DNA from: Neoechinorhynchus agilis
Lineage: Eukaryota; Animalia; Acanthocephala
DNA length: 64,000 bases
Direction: 5' to 3'
NCBI GenBank assembly: GCA_051530055.1
Contig: CM121342.1
Location: forward strand, 3,010,797 to 3,074,796
Both the position numbers and the translations under genes were made by a program. Numbering within the stretch: the stretch's first letter is position 1; every line of letters begins with the position of its first letter. This document shows positions 26,920 through 39,809 of this stretch, piece by piece. The notes under the pieces were generated by a model. That model saw only the letters and a list, made by a program, of their open reading frames with translations, was not told the origin of the DNA and searched no databases.

Positions 26920-29900
26920 TCATGTTTTCCTCTTTCGATAGAAGACTTTATCATTTACAGTGTATACATGAGTGTACTTCATTAGAGTTTTCTTAAGAGC
27001 TTCTTCGGTGCCTTCGAAATCTTCAACGTAAGGCGATAACTCATCGTAAGACAATGCTCGTTTCACTTCGAACAGAATATCGATTCGTTCCTGTACATTG
27101 TGAGGAAGATCAAATTTATCCATATAATATATTGACCGCTTGTCTTCGGACAATAGAGCGAATCCATTCAAAATAGAGAGCTCAGGAACCAAACCTTGGG
27201 GTAAAATACTTTCCCACACTTGCAGAAATTCCTTAATCAGCATACTCTTAACGTGCCGAAGAACGCTTATTGCGAACGATCGCTTAATGGTTTTTTCAAA
27301 ATCCACAAATAATGTTGATACCATCGATTGAATGAAGTCTTCTATCTCGGGCATTTCCTCTGTCAATGTACCGGTACATTTGTATTATGCCATTTTTCAA
27401 CTTAAAGTGATCTTTGGAGCACTACGTTACGGAATCATGAGATTCCTCAACATAAATAGTTTTTGGGTCGAACTTTGTGAAATTATCGGACAGAGACACA
27501 AAACCGTAATTTTTTGTCAAAATATTAAAATAGCAATATAGCAGTGGTATTCCACGCTTCGATCCTGAATAAAGCTATGCTTTTTGTTGCAATTTAATTT
27601 AAAACAAGGAAAACCGTAATTTTTTGTCAAAATATTGAAATTGCAATATAGGAGTGGTATTCCACGCTTTGATTCTCAATAAAGCTAAGCTTTTGTTGCA
27701 ATTTAATTTAAAACAAGGAAAACCGTAATTTTTTGTCAAAATATTAAAATTGAAATATAGGAGTGGTATTCCACGCTTTGATCATCAATAAAGATAAGCT
27801 TTTGTTGCAATTTAATTTAAAACAAGGAAAACCGTAATTTTTGTCAAAATATTAAAATTGCAATATAGGAGTGGTATTCCAAGTTTTGATCATCAATAAA
27901 GCTAAGCTTTTGTTGCAATTTAATTTAAAACAAGGAAAACCGTAATTTTTTGTCAAAATATTAAAATTGCAATATAGGAGTGGTATTCCACGCTTTGATT
28001 CTCAATAAAGCTAAGCTTTTGTTGCAATTTAATTTAAAACAAGGAAAACCGTAATTTTTTGTCAAAATATTAAAATATCAATATAGGAGTGGTATTCCAC
28101 GCTTTGATCATCAATAAAGATAAGCTTTTGTTGCAATTTAATTTAAAACAAGGAAAACCGTAATTTTTTGTCAAAATATTAAAATTGCAATATAGGAGCG
28201 GTATTCCACGCTTTGATTCTCAATAAAGCTAAGCTTTTGTTGCAATTTAATTTAAAACAAGGAAAACCGTAATTTTTGTCAAAATATTAAAATTGCAATA
28301 TAGGAGTGGTATTCCAAGTTTTGATCATCAATAAGGGTAAACTTTTGATGTAGTTCAATTTAAAACAAGGAAAACCGTAATTTTTTGTCAAAATATTAAA
28401 ATTGCAATATAGGAGTGGTATTCCAAGTTTTGATCATCAATAAGGGTAAACTTTTGATGTAGTTCAATTTAAAACAAGGAAAACCGTAATTTTTTGTCAA
28501 AATATTAAAATTGCAATATAGGAGTGGTATTCCACGCTTTGATCCTCAATAAAGCTAAGCTTTTGTTGCAATTTAATTTAAAACAAGGAAAACCGTAATT
28601 TTTTGTCAAAATATTAAAATATAAATATAGGAGTGGTATTCCAAGTTTTGATCATCAATAAGGGTAAACTTTTGATGTAGTTCAATTTAAAACAAGGAAA
28701 ACCGTAATTTTTGTCAAAATATTAAAATTGCAATATAGGAGTGGTATTCCACGCTTTGATCCTCAATAAAGCTAAGCTTTTGTTGCAATTTAATTTAAAA
28801 CAAGGAAAACCGTAATTTTTTGTCAAAATATTAAAATTGCAATATAGGAGTGGTATTCCACGCTTTGATCCTCAATAAAGCTAAGCTTTTGTTGCAATTT
28901 AATTTAAAACAAGGAAAACCGTAATTTTTTGTCAAAATATTAAAATATCAATATAGGAGTGGTATTCCACGCTTTGATCATCAATAAAGATAAGCTTTTG
29001 TTGCAATTTAATTTAAAACAAGGAAAACCGTAATTTTTTGTCAAAATATTAAAATTGCAATATAGGAGCGGTATTCCACGCTTTGATTCTCAATAAAGCT
29101 AAGCTTTTGTTGCAATTTAATTTAAAACAAGGAAAACCGTAATTTTTTGTCAAAATATTAAAATATAAATATAGGAGTGGTATTCCAAGTTTTGATCATC
29201 AATAAGGGTAAACTTTTGATGTAGTTCAATTTAAAACAAGGAAAACCGTAATTTTTTTGTCAAAATATTAAAATTGCAATATAGGAGTGGTATTCCATGT
29301 TTTGATCATCAATAAGGGTAAACTTTTGATGCAGTTCAATTTAAGGCAAGGAAAACCGTAATTTTTTGTCAAAATATTGAAATTGCAATATAGCAGTGGT
29401 ATTCCACGCTTTGATTCTCAATAAAGCTAAGCTCTTTTTGCAATTTAATTTAAAACAAGGAAAACCCCAATTTTTTGTCAAAATATTAAAATTGCTAGAA
29501 GAGATTATGGTTTTGCGAAAATGTTAAGGCCAGCAACACCCATTTATAATAATACAACAATACCCCAGTAATAAATTCAGGAGTCAAGGAAAGACGATCA
29601 ACGAACATTCGAGGTTCATTATAATATCCGACTAGTTCAATGATCCAAGACACGAATTCAGGGGTTAATAGAAACCATTGGTTTCTGAAGTTCATGCAAG
29701 TCAAACATTTTACTAAATAGCAAGAAGCTTTGCTGAATGTGCCGTCCCCGTCATTATACATCGCAGGAATAGTAAATCCGTGTAATTCGCCATTGATTAC
29801 CTTCTTCACGTCATCAATCGATTTAATAAGCGATTGGTTGTGACAAATTAATCCATAAAGTTTCTGATAATTCGTAGGATGGAATCGAAGATCATAATAA

Positions 29901-30311
29901 GAATTGAAGACTCCGATGATTTCCTTAGTCGCAAAAGTGTGTTCCCCATTTGATTGTTGCTTAATTTCAGCGAGCAAATCGCTATTTATTGGTAATAATC
30001 GAAGGAAAAAAAGACTCAAACTTTCGATTGCTACAAAGTATTGGCATGATCGTATCTGTAGTTTCGACTAATTTTATTTCATATTTATTATCTCCGGCAC
30101 ATCCAATAGCTACATCATCAGGTCGTCCATAAATGTTAAGAATTTCATCAGAAGATAATTTGATCTCTTCAGGAAGTTCAATCAATCGGGACTGGCGTTC
30201 TCGAGGTTTCATGATAAGACGAATGTGAGTAGATTGAAGGTCTGCAAGCTCCAAATTCGCCAACTCTAGATTTTTAAGCATCGATTCTTGTAAATCAAGT
30301 TCGTCACTCAT
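26920..30311 (-). CDS. DSCC1: Sister chromatid cohesion protein DCC1
   Basis: IYGRPDDVAIGC..YEIKLVETTD; EIIGVFNSYYDLR; EFLQVWESILPQG..LNGFALL..DLP..QERIDILF..LMKY. Predicted introns at 29982-30021 (40 nt) and ~27358-29563 (~2.2 kb, contains a satellite). Confidence 0.88.
27500..29494. repeat. Tandem satellite, ~109-bp unit, ~18 copies
   Basis: Unit aaaacaaggaaaaccgtaattttttgtcaaaatattaaaattgcaatataggagtggtattcc... recurs every ~108-110 bp with two main variant tails. Confidence 0.97.
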
Positions 30312-31329
30312 TTCTAAAAACGAGTTTGGATCTGGATAAGATGCAGGAAAATCGTTTTAAAATACACAGTTAAAATCCTTAGCCGAGTTATATAACCTAT
30401 TTTCCTTCAAACTGACCGGATATTCCAACCCCGACTGGACTCGTAATCCACCCAAAAACCAACAAACCGCATTTATTTATCCTATCATTTGGTGCGAATG
30501 TTCATGATTTTCTCTAGGCGATCTATCGATTCAATTTATCTCAAAACCAAAAACGAATTCCAGTTTTAAGGTTCATCGAAATCGATAATATCGAATAGTG
30601 CAACAAAGCACGGCAGAAATATTTTAGGAATTGATGCCAATAAAAATGCATTTGAATTATTTCTCAACGGTTCCTTCCCCATATCTTCGAGACTTTCGTT
30701 TTATGACTTAACAGGACTTATTGATTTGAATTCGAAGTAAATAAGTCGAATAAAGGAAAAACTTCATGTTTACACTATTGCACAATTATTGTTGTTTTTG
30801 TTTTTTCATGCAAACAATCGCATCAAAGATTTGACTGAAAAGGTGAAGAAAATCCATACGAAATATTTTATAATAAATTGATGAATAATTCATTGACCGG
30901 AATAAGGAATTAAGAAAATCAATATTATCCATGGAATTCACTGCTCAATAAAGTGGGGGTTTTTCCGAGTAAAGTAACAACGAAAAATTTGATCTTCCAA
31001 AACAACTTTTAAGCTGATTTGAACGTCAATTTTATCATAAATCGGGCAAATTCGATCATCTTATATTCGCTGATTTTAGGGGCAAACAATTTTTACGATC
31101 CAAAGTTGAACGCCTAAAGAATTATTATGGTTTGTGTATTTCGCGAAAAATACACAATTTATTATTTTGAAAATAAACATTGCGTGTGAAGTATCAGGGT
31201 CATTTAAAATTAATCGAAATCGATTATCAGGAACTCTTATATCAATGCAAAGAAAGGATTCTTGTAGCTTCCGCAACAACTTAAAAGAATTTATAACTGT
31301 TTCAAGATTGAATTATTCATGTTTATTAA

Positions 31330-31415
31330 TGGCCGAAAAATTGAAGGAATTTTATTAAATCCGATATTTCAGAATAGAATTTAATAAAATTCCTTCAACT
31401 TTTTCGCCCTAAAAC
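31330..31415. mobile_element. Short hairpin derivative of the same MITE family
   Basis: gaaaaattgaaggaattttattaaatccgatatttc..atttaataaaattccttcaactttttcg. Confidence 0.6.
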
Positions 31416-32346
31416 GAGTCTTTAATTATTGAATCTAAAATCACACCAATGAAATCAAATTTGAGGTGGAATAAACATCAATGCTATAAAGTTTGGTTAT
31501 GTGCATAAATTAAAAAAAATAAAAAAAACCAATCGAAGCGCAATTCTCCTTAAATATCGAATATTTCAATTCCGGACCACAGCCGTTTCAGTGTTTCTCG
31601 AGTGGTCCAATTGCTAACGTGCTGAAGTAACGACATTTCTTCTTAGAAGCTGGAACTCATCTATAAGGCACAAAGCTCCTGAAGATTAACATTTTTGTGT
31701 TTCTGTTATTGGTACACTCAAATATGGGTTTAATTAGACCAGCCGCTAATTAGGACCGAATTCTAAATGGCGTAATATAAAGTCCAATCGCCGATTAATC
31801 GGACGAACCGGTCACTCGAAGCAAAACGATCGCGTCTCGATTTGATCCGATTAACACCGGAATCGATTACAACTGCTTGTTTCAGTGGGATTTCTTTAAA
31901 CTGATGTGATCATTCGTTTCCCGTTTTTTGGATCAGTACATCCAGAAACGGCAATATCTCATACGGCTACTGAGGTGGTCGAGTGGACTGATGCTCCTGA
32001 TCTCATTTAGGATCAACTGGTTCGAATCCGTTACCGCCGATGACGCTCAACCAACGGGGACGAAATGCCTCGTTGAAGGGAGGAAACTCACCAATGAGTC
32101 CCGCCTCCTCGGGAGGTATCTGAGAATCCGGAGAGATGTACAAACTTATAACTGTGACCAGCGCTTTCCCAGACCGAAATCGGTGGACTGTGTGTCCATT
32201 CAGCCGTCCATGGAAAAAATAATCCCAAACATATCTGTTATCTTCTTGTTTTCGGGTGCGGGTGACTCCATGACACTTTTCTATTATTCTTTACCGGAAC
32301 AAAAACTCACACCACACAACCTACGCGCGAAACGTCAACTTCATCG

Positions 32347-33340
32347 CTAACATCTCCTCCTTACTTTTAAAAAGTCGTCATACGGTCTTTTCGGAGGTCC
32401 CCTTACTCTTTTGCCCCTTCGTAATCCAACCACCTCTTCCACCGTTTCGGTATTCTCGTCCTTGTCGGGAACCGGTGGTTGTATCGCGGATTGACCAGTA
32501 ATTTCCTCCTCTCTGGACTGCGGCATATCCTCGGCCACGTCATTCAATACTGCTGATCCTTCTTGTCCATGATCTTCCTCCTTGTTCGAAATTCCCGTCG
32601 GTCCCAAATCGTCATTCTCCTTTCGATCTCAGACCAAACTTCCATGCGTCGTGCACGATACCGGACCGTTCTGTTTTCTTATCTCTCCTCGCTTCCATTT
32701 GCTGTCAAGATCTCTCCTAAACCAGACATCCTGGCCTTCCTGAAATTTCCGCTTCTCGATTTCAGCCTGCCTCTCAGCCACGTACTCATCGATTCGCTCC
32801 TCGTCCTCGTTATCAGGCATTACCCGGTCTAGAGCTCCTCTTAATCTTCTCCCCATCATTGCCACAGCAGGTGCTTCCCCAGTAGACGAATGACGTGTGT
32901 GTTACGATAGGCGAAATGGAAATCGTTGAGATCTTCTCGTGTGATCCGCCCATCCATGGTCATAGAACGTGTTCTGGTCTTCGTACGAAGGCATGGGTAA
33001 ACGCGAGAAGCAATCCGCGTGAACATTATCGCTTCCCTTTACATATTCTACGATGTAATCGTACTCTCCCAATAGCCGAGTCCACCTTACCACTCGACTG
33101 TTCGGCATTCTCGTCAAGTCGCGATCAGCAACCAGAATATATTCTAGCGGTTTATGATCCGTCTGTATGGGGAACCGACGTCTGCATAAATACAGCGTGA
33201 ATCTCTTAACCCCAAAAATAATTGCCAACGTTTCCTTGTCAATAGTAGCGTAATTCTGCTCTGCTTTCTAGGGTTTTCTTCGACCGTCCGACAGCACATG
33301 GTATAATACAGCGCCCACTCCGATATCGCTTGCATCGCAG
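32347..33340 (-). mobile_element. Internally deleted Ty3/Gypsy LTR retrotransposon (RNase H + integrase C-terminus + PPT; the 3' LTR extends left from 32352)
   Basis: DASDIGVGAVL..NYATIDKETLAIIFGVKRF..TDHKPL..RWTRLLGEYDY..ADCFSRLP; TGEAPAVAMMGRRLR; RRGKRVRGPP. Polypurine tract aaaagtaaggaggaga (32353-32370) abuts TG. Confidence 0.9.
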
Positions 33341-33419
33341 ACAACTTCAGCGAAGATAGATGCTGGCAAGTGTATGGATCGTTTTTCTTAATTAATAAAA
33401 CGTGTTTTGCTTATATATA

Positions 33420-33605
33420 CAAAGCCTGAGACAGTCCAGGCAGTCCAAATACCTCCCCGACGCTGCCCAGTCCCTTGACGATGCATTGGCACACCTAGTC
33501 GACCAATTTTCTGGGAAAGAGTTGATTCCGAAGGCATTGAGCTATTTTTCTGCGCATCTTTGTGTGCCCTCGCTAAAAGGAAGGTGGGATTCGTCCCATT
33601 GCATT
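33420..33605 (+). mobile_element. CRE-like reverse transcriptase fragment
   Basis: FFCASLCALAK followed by a one-base-shifted EGGIRPIA resembles the CRE RT motif FFGAxLxALxKKDGGIRPIAVG. Confidence 0.6.
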
Positions 33606-35194
33606 TGTAACAATAATCGTTTTGAATACAGAGAATTGTAGATTCGTGCAATAGGAATATATGGGAAGAATGTGTATAATGAATTCAATATCTATAAATC
33701 TAATGCTTTAGAAATATCAAACGAAATCAAAACATTCATTGATTTCTGATAATTATTGAAAATTTGACGGGTAAGCAGGATTACCTGACCGGAAAGCTTT
33801 GGTGACTTGGATTTGAAGGGTTTTTAGAAAAGGCGAGAACCATGGAGGGTCGCGGTTCGAGATTCATATTGTTTTGCAAGGAAAGGAGGCCTTCATCGCG
33901 CTCGGATCACGACTCTGTGTAATTTCTACAAATGTAGTCGAAGGGTCGCTCACGATCCCTGGAATCTCACATGTAAGTCGATCCGCATTGTTAAGATAAC
34001 TGAGGCGGCACACTCGACCATTGCCTATGCAGTTTGTGTTTACGAATCTTAAATTTATGAGCACTTGCTTAGGCTGACACCTTTATCATGGAAAATGAAA
34101 TCACCATTATCATCGGGTATAGCTTTAAAATTCATTCCCAACTATCTCCGTTTTTCAAACCATTTTTGACTTTGTTCGTGAGCCGAACACCAACTTTCAT
34201 CTTAAGATTAAAGTTTTTGAATCGTTATTAAAGAGCTTTTAAAAGTACACAAATTTCAATCTCTGTTAACTCATTGCTGTAACAGTGATTTATTTTTCTT
34301 CAATATTCTTTTAAGCAGATTAAATCAGTCGATTAATTTCTTTACTTAAAAGTCTAAAGCGGGATTATTTTATCTTTACGGCTAACAAATCTATCGTATT
34401 GATATCAAATACAATCTGTGAAATTTTATAAATGTTGAACTTAAATCGCAAAATACGTGTTATTGTTAAGCTCTTCATCCGGTGAATGATTTTTTATTAA
34501 AGAAGATGAACCTGACGAGGTTCGAAACATCTATAATAAAAAAATCATTTACCGGATAAAGAATTAAACAATAATTCCAATCATTGTCCCCGGTACCTCA
34601 ATTATCAACATTTTGCAAATGACGTGTTCTTTGCCTTTTAAGTTTTAATAAATCTTTTTTTCTTAGAAATTTATTTTGAACATTCATTGAACTTTGACAT
34701 TTCAAACTTATTTGTTTAAGTGCTATCAGCCAAGGCGTTAATAAATTCGGCTTATAGAAATTCACTCAGGCATTTTTTCATTTAGAATATCTTAAAAACA
34801 TTTTTGGTCATAGAGTGATTTTTTCTTTGCAATTTGATTTCAGACTCATTAAAAGTTGCCGATGATAACTATGAATCCTGTGAGTTTTGATAGCTTTTAT
34901 TTCCATGCGATATTGTCAAACTCCAAATCACATTCCCCAATGATATTTGCAAACAAATAACTGACAAGCAGCGTCGAAAAAATATACATCATTGATGTGA
35001 AAAATTATATTTTTAAATTATATTTATCGTGTAGGAAATGAAAGGCTTTCCGAAACACAAATTTATTCATTCTTTGAACAGAATGCATAGATAGTTGCGA
35101 CTACGACTAAAAGCTCCTTGAATATCATGAACAATATTTTATCCTTGGTCAATCGTCTCTTAAACATGGGTAAAATCAGCGATGATTGATAATA

Positions 35195-36141
35195 TCAGCC
35201 GCCATTTATTTTCTTCAGCAGTTTTTCAAGCAGTCCCTTGTGCCGAATATTTAATTGATTCGAACGAACTTGACTTAGGATGTTGACCAAATTGTTATTC
35301 CGAATTTCACTCAGCGCTATTTCACGTTCAATCATCGCGTTGAGTATCCGCTTTAGCATCGCGTGGTTCCGAACTGTGAACTTCTCGTCCAAGATGCTTT
35401 TTAAACGATCGCAGAGTCTTTGAGGCTCAAGTTCATTTCAATTGAAGGCTTTGATTTTCTTTTTGAAATCGATTCATTGAGTGGTTTGTCCTTCAATTGT
35501 GACCCTGATTTATTTTCGATCGGAATATTGGACATTTCCATAGGTTGCCGATTATAGATTCCCACCATCTTTTTTCCGATTTTATCGATAATGTCGATTA
35601 ACGGTTCGTTTTCCCCGTTGCTGGCCATCTTATGGAGAATATTTATAAGATCGGAATCTTTGATTTCATCCACTGTCATCTCTAATTCTGAAATCTCGGA
35701 AAGGACATCGTCCACCAGTTCTAGGCTTTTGGTTGCGTATTGTGAATCCAATAAAAATTTTAGTAATTTAATCTTCTTGGTTAAACGAGAAGGCGGCATC
35801 AATTGTTTGGATTCTGAAATCTGTTGACTGTGAACGTTTTCGACATTGTGAAGTCCAGTTTCTATTCCTCCATCGCTATTGATTCTCTTCGGCGATTCTG
35901 TTCTCTTTTCCGAAATTGCGTTGGAATCCTGATCACTAGAATCAGTATCTGATATTTCGGGTTCTACTTCTTTTGGTTTATTCAATTTGGGTTTGGTCGC
36001 TGGTCTTTCTTTAGATCGCTTTTGATTGAAAGCCTCCTTGACCTTCATAGCAACTTGGATTAAGAGTTTCTTGGGTGGAGCATTATCCTTGCTGTCGAGC
36101 ATCTCTCCAAGGACATCTATCAATCCGGATTGACGAATTTC
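35195..36141 (-). pseudogene. 5'-truncated, frameshifted third copy of the TFIIS-N-repeat gene
   Basis: ORFs 35401..36123 and 35195..35392 are near-identical to the C-terminal half of the 670-aa ORF; similarity stops at 36141. Confidence 0.9.
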
Positions 36142-37543
36142 ATCACAATGCGTTCATGTAGCACAGTAGCCGGAATTCTCCTTAATTAAAAAGAAAACAG
36201 ATTCGTTGTATTCAGTTTAAAGTATTTGCGTTCTTTTCCAGCCCTTCACTACGAATTTAACGCTTCTTTAATTGTTCAAAATTTCAGCTCTTGCTACACT
36301 GTTCAATAATACGCCTGACAAAATTCTCTTCACCATAAAGTTTAATTATTAGATGCTTTGATTATATGAAAATCAACACCATTAAAGGTTAGCGATCAAA
36401 ATAAATTTCTATCACTATGCTCACAAGTCTTATTGTTCCCCAAAGCACCCTGAAGTAGTCATTGTTACAAATTAGATCAATCGACTTAGCATCCTTTGTT
36501 TCTCAGAATTGTCAGTAGAAAAATTCCGTTATTGAAAGAAGAAGCTAAACTCTGGTCGTTTTCCATTAGGGACATCTTGTGTACTAAACAACGTGGACTC
36601 CACCTTCACATACCTACAAATGTTCAGACGGCGGGATTAAAAAGAACCAAATTTTTGATAGAAATAATTTATGTAAAATGGCTGAAAAGGGTCTCCATCA
36701 AAGTTCAATTTAAACAAAAAATTTACATAGTTTATCATTAAAAGTTTTAAAAAAGGGGATCCATAGTTCTGGAGGTCTACCGCGCGCAAAGAAGCACAAT
36801 GATTCTCCTACAATACTTTTGAGTGCACGGACGAGGGTTGGGAAAGGAACCAGGAGATGCCTTGAGAGCTTGATAATAGATTTAATTTTACAGAATGTAC
36901 TCTTCAGAGAAGTATTAATAAAAATTCGGTTTTGTGTAGAAGGGAAGTCAATTCCCAGCACACGAGAGTGCTTTTTGAAACCAAAACACGAACTTAAATC
37001 ACCCTTTCGTGCAAACCAATGAACATTTCTCCGGTTTCAATTAGATTTGTCTTTTGAGTGGGAAGTCAACGCTCGTGGCTATTTTAAAGTACGAACTAAA
37101 AACTTACCATGAAGTTATCGACGAGATCTACAAGGTTCTCAATTGTGTTGAAGCAAAACCCGTCGGTGGTGGAGACGGCAAGAGCGATCTCAACCGAGCG
37201 CAAAATCCGTTTAAATTAATGGCGGAAACTATTCACTGATTTTATTTTTTGTATTGTCTCTGATTGGTTAAATTCCAGCGAAGGAGCGACGACAAATGAA
37301 ACTTGAAAATTAAATGAAAGATTCCTGGGAATAATTCTTAGCAAAAAAATCCCGATTTCCAGTATGAACGAGAACCTATTTAAAATAAGGGGAATTATAT
37401 TTTTAAATTATAGTACACCCTTTTATTTAGTACGGCAATCACGTCGATAATATCAATCTTAAAATATTTTCTTTTACCAAAAAACCAAGAAAAGCACACA
37501 AAAGTTATAAAATTTATAGCGTATGTGGAGATTGAACTATTCA

Positions 37544-37616
37544 TGTTTTTTTGCTTAAATTTAAAGGAATTTTATAAATCCGATATTTCAGTACAATCTC
37601 ATGCCTTCATCAAAGT
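37544..37616. mobile_element. Partial MITE copy
   Basis: aaatttaaaggaattttataaatccgatatttcagtacaatctc..catcaaag. Confidence 0.55.
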
Positions 37617-37777
37617 CTAAAATCCACACGTGTAGGATAATTAACTTTACACCGTACTTTGATTCATTCCCCGGTCCACTGTTTCAACCTGGCGAATAAA
37701 TAGGGCTTCCATTCAGAGCGATCCAATTTGAATTCACCTCGGGCCATCACGTGACCTTGTTGATCAAAATGGTGGCG

Positions 37778-38170
37778 TTATCGCAGAACTGAATCGATTC
37801 CCCTCCTCAGAGCGCATATTTGTCTTCTTTGGTTCTTTTTTTCCAAATTATTTGTTTGGCCTACATAGGATTTATTCCATTCGACGCAGGGAATCTCGTA
37901 CACTTTGCTTTCATGCTCATCTCGTTTCTTAACCATGGAGCTTAATGCTCGAGCTTTCTTCGTGTCGATATCTTTAGGCGCAACTTCCTTTATCAGATTG
38001 TTAATTGCACTGAATAACTCATCATCGACGAATGGTGAACCTATGGAGGTCCTTCGATTGGGCTCCCGGCACACTGCTTTCCTTCCATGAAGCCATTTTT
38101 ATCATAGAGATTGGATAGCCCTTTCCTTTGAGCATATTGCTAACTCATTATTGAGGGAATCTTGGTTGGA
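37778..38170 (-). mobile_element. Penelope-like element GIY-YIG endonuclease fragment
   Basis: VYEIPCVEWNKSYVGQTNNL matches the PLE motif VYxIPCxxCxxxYIGQT. Confidence 0.7.
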
Positions 38171-39809
38171 ATTCAATTCCCTAGTCGGCGATTGCATTAT
38201 TCTTAAATAATTAACAGCGAAAGGACATTGGCGTTATCGGTCTCAATATCACGCGGATTCTTTATTTCCTAACAGTCTCTTGCTTTATTCTTGTACCGAA
38301 TACGTTTTGGATTTTCTAACTCAATGGAATTTTCGATTTCAATTCTATAGATTTTCTGAATTCGAACACGCAAAGCGAAGGTGCACTTTTGATTTTCAGG
38401 AGTAATCGAGTGAGGTCGTGACTTTTGTTAGTATTGTCATTTTGGTTGTTGGTTCAATGACAGTAAAAGTTGGTTCATCGTAGATTGCTTTCATATAAGC
38501 AAGCAAATCTTCATAACAAACCGATTCAAATCAATGTTTCTTCAGAATACCTTTATTCTCCCAATTTACGACACTATGTGGATTATGGCAGTTCGGGCCG
38601 AATCGGCAACTATTGCTTGCCACAAAATAAAAACAAGCATGAACCTTCTGGCACTCTTTATCCATCACAAAACCGTCACACAATCTAAGCATACGACCAG
38701 TCTCGAAATCCGTTATAAATAAGATCTTTTTGAGGGTTCGGATTTTTACTTTATCGGCACCATGGAACTTTGCTGCCTGGAGATTGTGTTCCGACTTGAG
38801 ATCGTGGTCAAATGCACATTTTCGGCCTTTTGTAGAGCTTCCTTTGAGAGTTGTTAAAAAGTATTTACATCCATGAATATATTTGCAATCCTCATTGCGT
38901 GATGGTTAAAACCTACATCTCATGATTTTTGTATTCAAAGCCAGAATGAATTTTGTGTTGTTTTCGTCCGACAATAAACTTAGAAATCGGTGAGTTAAAC
39001 TGAGTTTGTACATATCGAGGAGCATTGTTGAAGGATCAACGTCCGTAGGAGTGAGATTCGCGACACTAATTTTAGTTTGCATTGTTTCCACCAATTTGTC
39101 AATAAAGGCATCATTAAAGGCTTCAGGACTCTCCATTATAAGTTGAAATTGTTAGTTTTTTCAACGCCATCGAACCAAATCTTCTGATATTTCTCTATTT
39201 CCTAACAGTCTCTTGCGTGATTCCTGTACCGAATACGTTTTGGATTTTCCAACTCAATGGAATTTACTTTAGATTTCAATTCACTAGTTGGCTTTTTCTT
39301 GATTCCTGCTCACTTGATTGCTATGGAACAATAGCGCCATCGAACCAAATCTTCTGATATTTCTCTATTTCCTAACAGTCTCTTGCGTGATTCTTGTACC
39401 GAATACGTGCGGGATTTTCTGACTTCATCAAGTTTTTTATTGCAAAGCTCAACATTACAGCTCGCCGCCGGTGGAGGTCGTGAGTTCCTAGCGGTTTCTT
39501 CAACATCGCTAATTGTCGTTCTTTGTCTTTGGCTTACAACCCTAACTTCAATGATATAAAATCGTAGCTTTAACAATCCTTTGTAAAGTCTGTTAGTTTC
39601 TTATTGATATCCTTCGACTTAATCAAATTTCGAACTGGTATTATCTGCCGAATTCATCCTCTAAGCAAAAAATCGGTTTGAAGTACTCGACCTTGTACCC
39701 ATCGTTCCTGGGCCAAACGAGCACGGCGAATGGCACTCTTGTTGTTTGGTTGAGTTCATTTTGTATGCTTCGGTTAATATTTTATTTACATCAGCTTGTC
39801 GTTAATGAA

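Noticed and set aside
29982-30021. Apparent frameshift in DSCC1
   Set aside because: A canonical 40-nt GT-AG intron restores the frame.
31706-32352. Exact left boundary of the Gypsy LTR (tgtta...taaca)
   Set aside because: Only a 5-bp inverted repeat, with no partner LTR or TSD to confirm it.
37054-37239. GKST P-loop in a 61-aa ORF
   Set aside because: No upstream Gly of the Walker A motif and no further ATPase motifs.
39170-39420. ~70-bp local direct duplication (mirrored at 48700-48940; related copy at ~38260-38340)
   Set aside because: Small rearrangement within decayed TE sequence; no independent function evident.
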